Position numbers and translations under genes: made by a program. Below are positions 22,759 to 25,402 of a DNA stretch of 25,402 nucleotides, piece after piece. The notes beneath the pieces were generated by a model. That model saw only the letters and a list, made by a program, of their open reading frames with translations. It ran no database searches and was not told the DNA's origin. The first letter of the stretch is position 1. Every line of letters starts with the position of its first letter. The stretch comes from a virus: UHGV virus genome UHGV-1747320. One strand, written 5' to 3'.

Positions 22759-23505
22759 ATGTCTAATACCCATGTAAAAAACATCAAACTTGGTGCCTGT
22801 AAGGTGTCGTTTGGTGGTGTGGATTTGGGTTACACCAAAGGTGGTGTTCAGGTTGAAGTAGCCACTGAAACGCAGAAAATCACCGTTGACCAGAGAGGTC
22901 AAACCGTAGTCTCAGAAGTAGTTATGGGGCGTAACATTACCATTACCGCACCTCTGGCCGAATCTGTGCTCCGAAACATGGTTGACCTGATGCCCGGTTC
23001 TACTCTGAGCGAAGATGACAACTCTGTCACGATCACATCTGCTCAGGGCGTAAACCTGATGGATGTAGCGAAGGAGCTGGTTCTGACTCCGCAGGACACA
23101 ACCGACTATGTGTTGACCATCCCGAAAGCGGCAACTGCGGGCAACTTCACTATGACCTACCAGTCTGATGATGTTCGTGTGTTCTCTGTTCAGTTCAGCG
23201 CATACCCGGATGATGAAGGCGTTTTGGGCAAAATGAGCGGTCCAAAACCGGTAAAAACTGTGTCGATCACACCGGAATCTCCAACCGTAAAAGCTGGAGA
23301 GACAGTGCAACTGACAGCAGAAATCACTCCAGCTGATGCCGCAGATAAAACCGGTGTTTGGGAATCCGAAGACCAGGAAAAGGCCACGGTAGATCAAACG
23401 GGTCTTGTGCGTGGTGTGGCGCAGGGTACTGCAAATATCTCCTTCACCAGCAATAGCGGTGCTAAGAAGGCAACTAAGTCAGTAACGATTAACTCCGCAG
23501 ATTAA
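22759..23505 (+). CDS. Major tail protein with C-terminal Ig-like (Big_2) domain (about 248 aa)
   Basis: AAGGAG RBS before ATG 22759; C-terminal 80 aa match the Big_2 pattern; strong terminator downstream; position before chaperone and tape measure genes. Confidence 0.8.
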   Translation: MSNTHVKNIKLGACKVSFGGVDLGYTKGGVQVEVATETQKITVDQRGQTVVSEVVMGRNITITAPLAESVLRNMVDLMPGSTLSEDDNSVTITSAQGVNLMDVAKELVLTPQDTTDYVLTIPKAATAGNFTMTYQSDDVRVFSVQFSAYPDDEGVLGKMSGPKPVKTVSITPESPTVKAGETVQLTAEITPADAADKTGVWESEDQEKATVDQTGLVRGVAQGTANISFTSNSGAKKATKSVTINSAD

Positions 23506-23519
23506 TCAGTAATTAAGCA

Positions 23520-23546
23520 GAGGCTCAGGATGAGCCTCTCTTTTAA
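23520..23546 (+). terminator. Rho-independent terminator (stem AGAGGCTC/GAGCCTCT, loop AGGAT, T-run)
   Basis: 8-bp inverted repeat 23520-23527/23533-23540 then CTTTT. Confidence 0.75.
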
Positions 23547-23560
23547 AAGGATTTTAACCA

Positions 23561-23878
23561 ATGACCAAATTACTCGATCTCGATTCCATTCTGCCTCCGA
23601 AGAAAAGCATCAAATTTGGCGGTCAGGAATATCCCATCGTTGAAATGACGGTAGGTCTGTTCGTTTCCATCAAACAGATGGAAGGCAAAGATCTCATGAA
23701 CATGTCTCCTGTTGAGCAAGTGACAGCTTATGCAGATCTGGTTCGTAAGGTTATCCCTTCAGTACCTGACGAAGTTCTTGAAAAACTGACTGTTCCGCAA
23801 CTCCAGCAGATCTTCACCTTCGCTATGGAAGTGATTGATGAAGAAAACGAAAAAGCGGCTGGCGAAGGGGCAAAGTAA
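23561..23878 (+). CDS. Tail assembly chaperone (gpG-like, 105 aa)
   Basis: Position between major tail and tape measure genes; acidic C-terminus; the -1 frame is open across its 3-prime end. Confidence 0.7.
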   Translation: MTKLLDLDSILPPKKSIKFGGQEYPIVEMTVGLFVSIKQMEGKDLMNMSPVEQVTAYADLVRKVIPSVPDEVLEKLTVPQLQQIFTFAMEVIDEENEKAAGEGAK

Positions 23879-24228
23879 TTTCCCGCGATGAATCCGGGAC
23901 AAGGACCGTTTCAATAGATCTCGGATTCTATTTCAGTCGTGTAGTTGCTCACTACGCTGTGTCGCCATTAGAGCTATTGAACATCCCTCTCACGATGTTC
24001 TGGATGCTCAGTCGCAATATAGACCGTCTGCGTGCGGAAGAGGATGTCCGCAACTTACAAGTCGCTCGTGCGTCCCAGGCGGATGGCGAGGCTGTGAAGG
24101 CGTTCATGGAGGGTTTGCAACTCAGGATTGGAAGACCAGTCGTAACAGATAAAGTCTACGATCCAAGCCAGGATAAGGCAGACCCTGACGCCAAAGAGCA
24201 ACTGATGCAAATATTTGGCAGAGGATGA
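23842..24228 (+). CDS. Probable -1 frameshift extension of the tail assembly chaperone (gpGT-like)
   Basis: The -1 frame relative to 23561..23878 is open from 23842 to 24228 with no ATG until far downstream; an A-run GAAAAAG (23849-23855) lies in the 34-nt overlap. Confidence 0.45.
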   Translation, partial: RKRKSGWRRGKVISRDESGTRTVSIDLGFYFSRVVAHYAVSPLELLNIPLTMFWMLSRNIDRLRAEEDVRNLQVARASQADGEAVKAFMEGLQLRIGRPVVTDKVYDPSQDKADPDAKEQLMQIFGRG

Positions 24229-24235
24229 CAAGGGA

Positions 24236-25402
24236 ATGTCACAAAACGTAGAGTTTATCCTGTCGCTGGAAGACAAACAGTTTACAGCGTCAATCGATCG
24301 TGCGGGGAAACTGCTTACTCGATTTGGTGAGCAGGTAACAAAGCCTGCTCAAAAAATCCAAACCTTTGAACGCTCTTTGGGTTCGGTCGCCCGTATCATT
24401 GGCGTTCTGGAAAGCAAGCTCGATTCTACGGCAGATAAACTACAGGATGTAGCTGCCGGTTTTGAGCTTGCTTCAGATGCTACGCGTAAAATGCGTGGTA
24501 ACATCACCAGCCTCAATTCTGGTCTTAAAGCCCTGATTGAGCGCGTCGATACGACAACTTCTTCAGTAGATAAACTCACCGCGTCATTACGTAAAGTGCA
24601 ATCAGAGCTAAATGATTTCTCTGATTGGGCGACCTATGCAAGCAAAAGCGCAAGCCGCTTTGGTACGGAGGTCAAAGAAGCCTCTGCGTCCGTGAGTGGC
24701 ATGAATACGCGCCTTAATACCACGACGAAGCGACTCAGTAATTGGGGTGTCACAACGACTCAGGCTGCCGAGGGACTGAAAAAGGTTCGTGAGCAGATGG
24801 ACGAAGTTATCGGGCGTCAGCAACTGATTAGCAAGCCGGTACGTGTTCGTACATCTGGAAGTGGTGATGGTGGTAGCGGTAGCAGGCAGCGTAGCGGCGC
24901 TTCTGGCCACAGCGGTAAAAATAACGAAGGAGGTATATTCTCTGGCCTTCGTGGCAACATTTTCCTGCTTGGCGAGATCGGAGATGCAGCCAGAACGGTT
25001 ACTGACATCATGTTTGGGTGGCAGAAGCCTATTGTTGAAGCTGCGGCCGAAATGGAACGTATGCGGGTGATGCTTCGAGGGTTGAATAAGGAGAAGTCCA
25101 ACCCTGGCCAGGCTGCCGCTGATGATATGAAGTACATCGTAGACATGGCTCAAAATGCGCCGTTCGCGATGCAGGCGTTAACAGACTCCTTCGTGAAGTT
25201 TCGTTCTGCTGGCTTAGATCCAACCGATGGTTCTCTGAAGGCGCTGGTGGACTCCGTTGCTCGTTTTGGTGGTGATAGTGAGCTGTTGAAACGTGCGGCT
25301 GTGGCCGTTCAGCAGATGTCCGGTAAGGGCGTTGTGTCAATGGAAGAGCTACGTCAGCAATTAGGTGAAGCCGTTCCTAACGCGATGCAGGCAATGGCAG
25401 AC
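24236..25402 (+). CDS. Tail tape measure protein, N-terminal part (3-prime truncated by the window end)
   Basis: Open frame from ATG 24236 to the last base of the window (389 codons, not in the track because it has no stop); Ala/Gln/Ser-rich helical sequence; position after the chaperone genes. Confidence 0.8.
   Translation, partial: MSQNVEFILSLEDKQFTASIDRAGKLLTRFGEQVTKPAQKIQTFERSLGSVARIIGVLESKLDSTADKLQDVAAGFELASDATRKMRGNITSLNSGLKALIERVDTTTSSVDKLTASLRKVQSELNDFSDWATYASKSASRFGTEVKEASASVSGMNTRLNTTTKRLSNWGVTTTQAAEGLKKVREQMDEVIGRQQLISKPVRVRTSGSGDGGSGSRQRSGASGHSGKNNEGGIFSGLRGNIFLLGEIGDAARTVTDIMFGWQKPIVEAAAEMERMRVMLRGLNKEKSNPGQAAADDMKYIVDMAQNAPFAMQALTDSFVKFRSAGLDPTDGSLKALVDSVARFGGDSELLKRAAVAVQQMSGKGVVSMEELRQQLGEAVPNAMQAMAD

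Noticed and set aside
1-25402. Integrase, attachment sites, transposase or IS elements that would mark a prophage boundary or mobile element
   Set aside because: No ORF with recombinase or transposase hallmarks and no terminal inverted repeats flanking a transposase-like gene were seen; whether this is a prophage or a virion genome cannot be decided from this window.

Overview
This window reads as a contiguous stretch of a tailed dsDNA phage or prophage genome (siphovirus-type layout, enterobacteria-like GC content and Shine-Dalgarno usage). All calls are from reading the sequence and ORF track by eye; no database search or folding was run, so domain assignments rest on motifs and are provisional. 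Layout: (1) 1-1000 is non-coding and unusual, with a strongly A+C-rich strand-asymmetric stretch, an intrinsic terminator and a phased array of GGGAAACGG-like direct repeats. (2) 1000-3500 holds five small plus-strand early-type genes, each behind a conserved promoter module with an AACAA-N-TTGTT palindrome. (3) 3480-4160 is a hairpin-dense non-coding region with a second GGGAAACGG cluster and stacked terminators. (4) 4160-10353 is a leftward operon: an SF2 helicase, a coupled small RHH-like protein, then an AT-rich accessory island of unknown proteins, a lipoprotein and two paralogous secreted 4-Cys proteins. (5) 10436-13609 is a rightward, translationally coupled module of two ParB-like proteins, an ABC-type ATPase, a GNAT-like protein and a small wHTH protein; this is the best candidate for an undescribed system, possibly DNA modification or anti-defence. 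(6) 13806-25402 is the late region: small and large terminase, portal, scaffold, major capsid, Ig-like protein, connector proteins, major tail protein, chaperone with a probable -1 frameshift, and the start of the tape measure protein. No integrase, transposase, tRNA or CRISPR array was seen.
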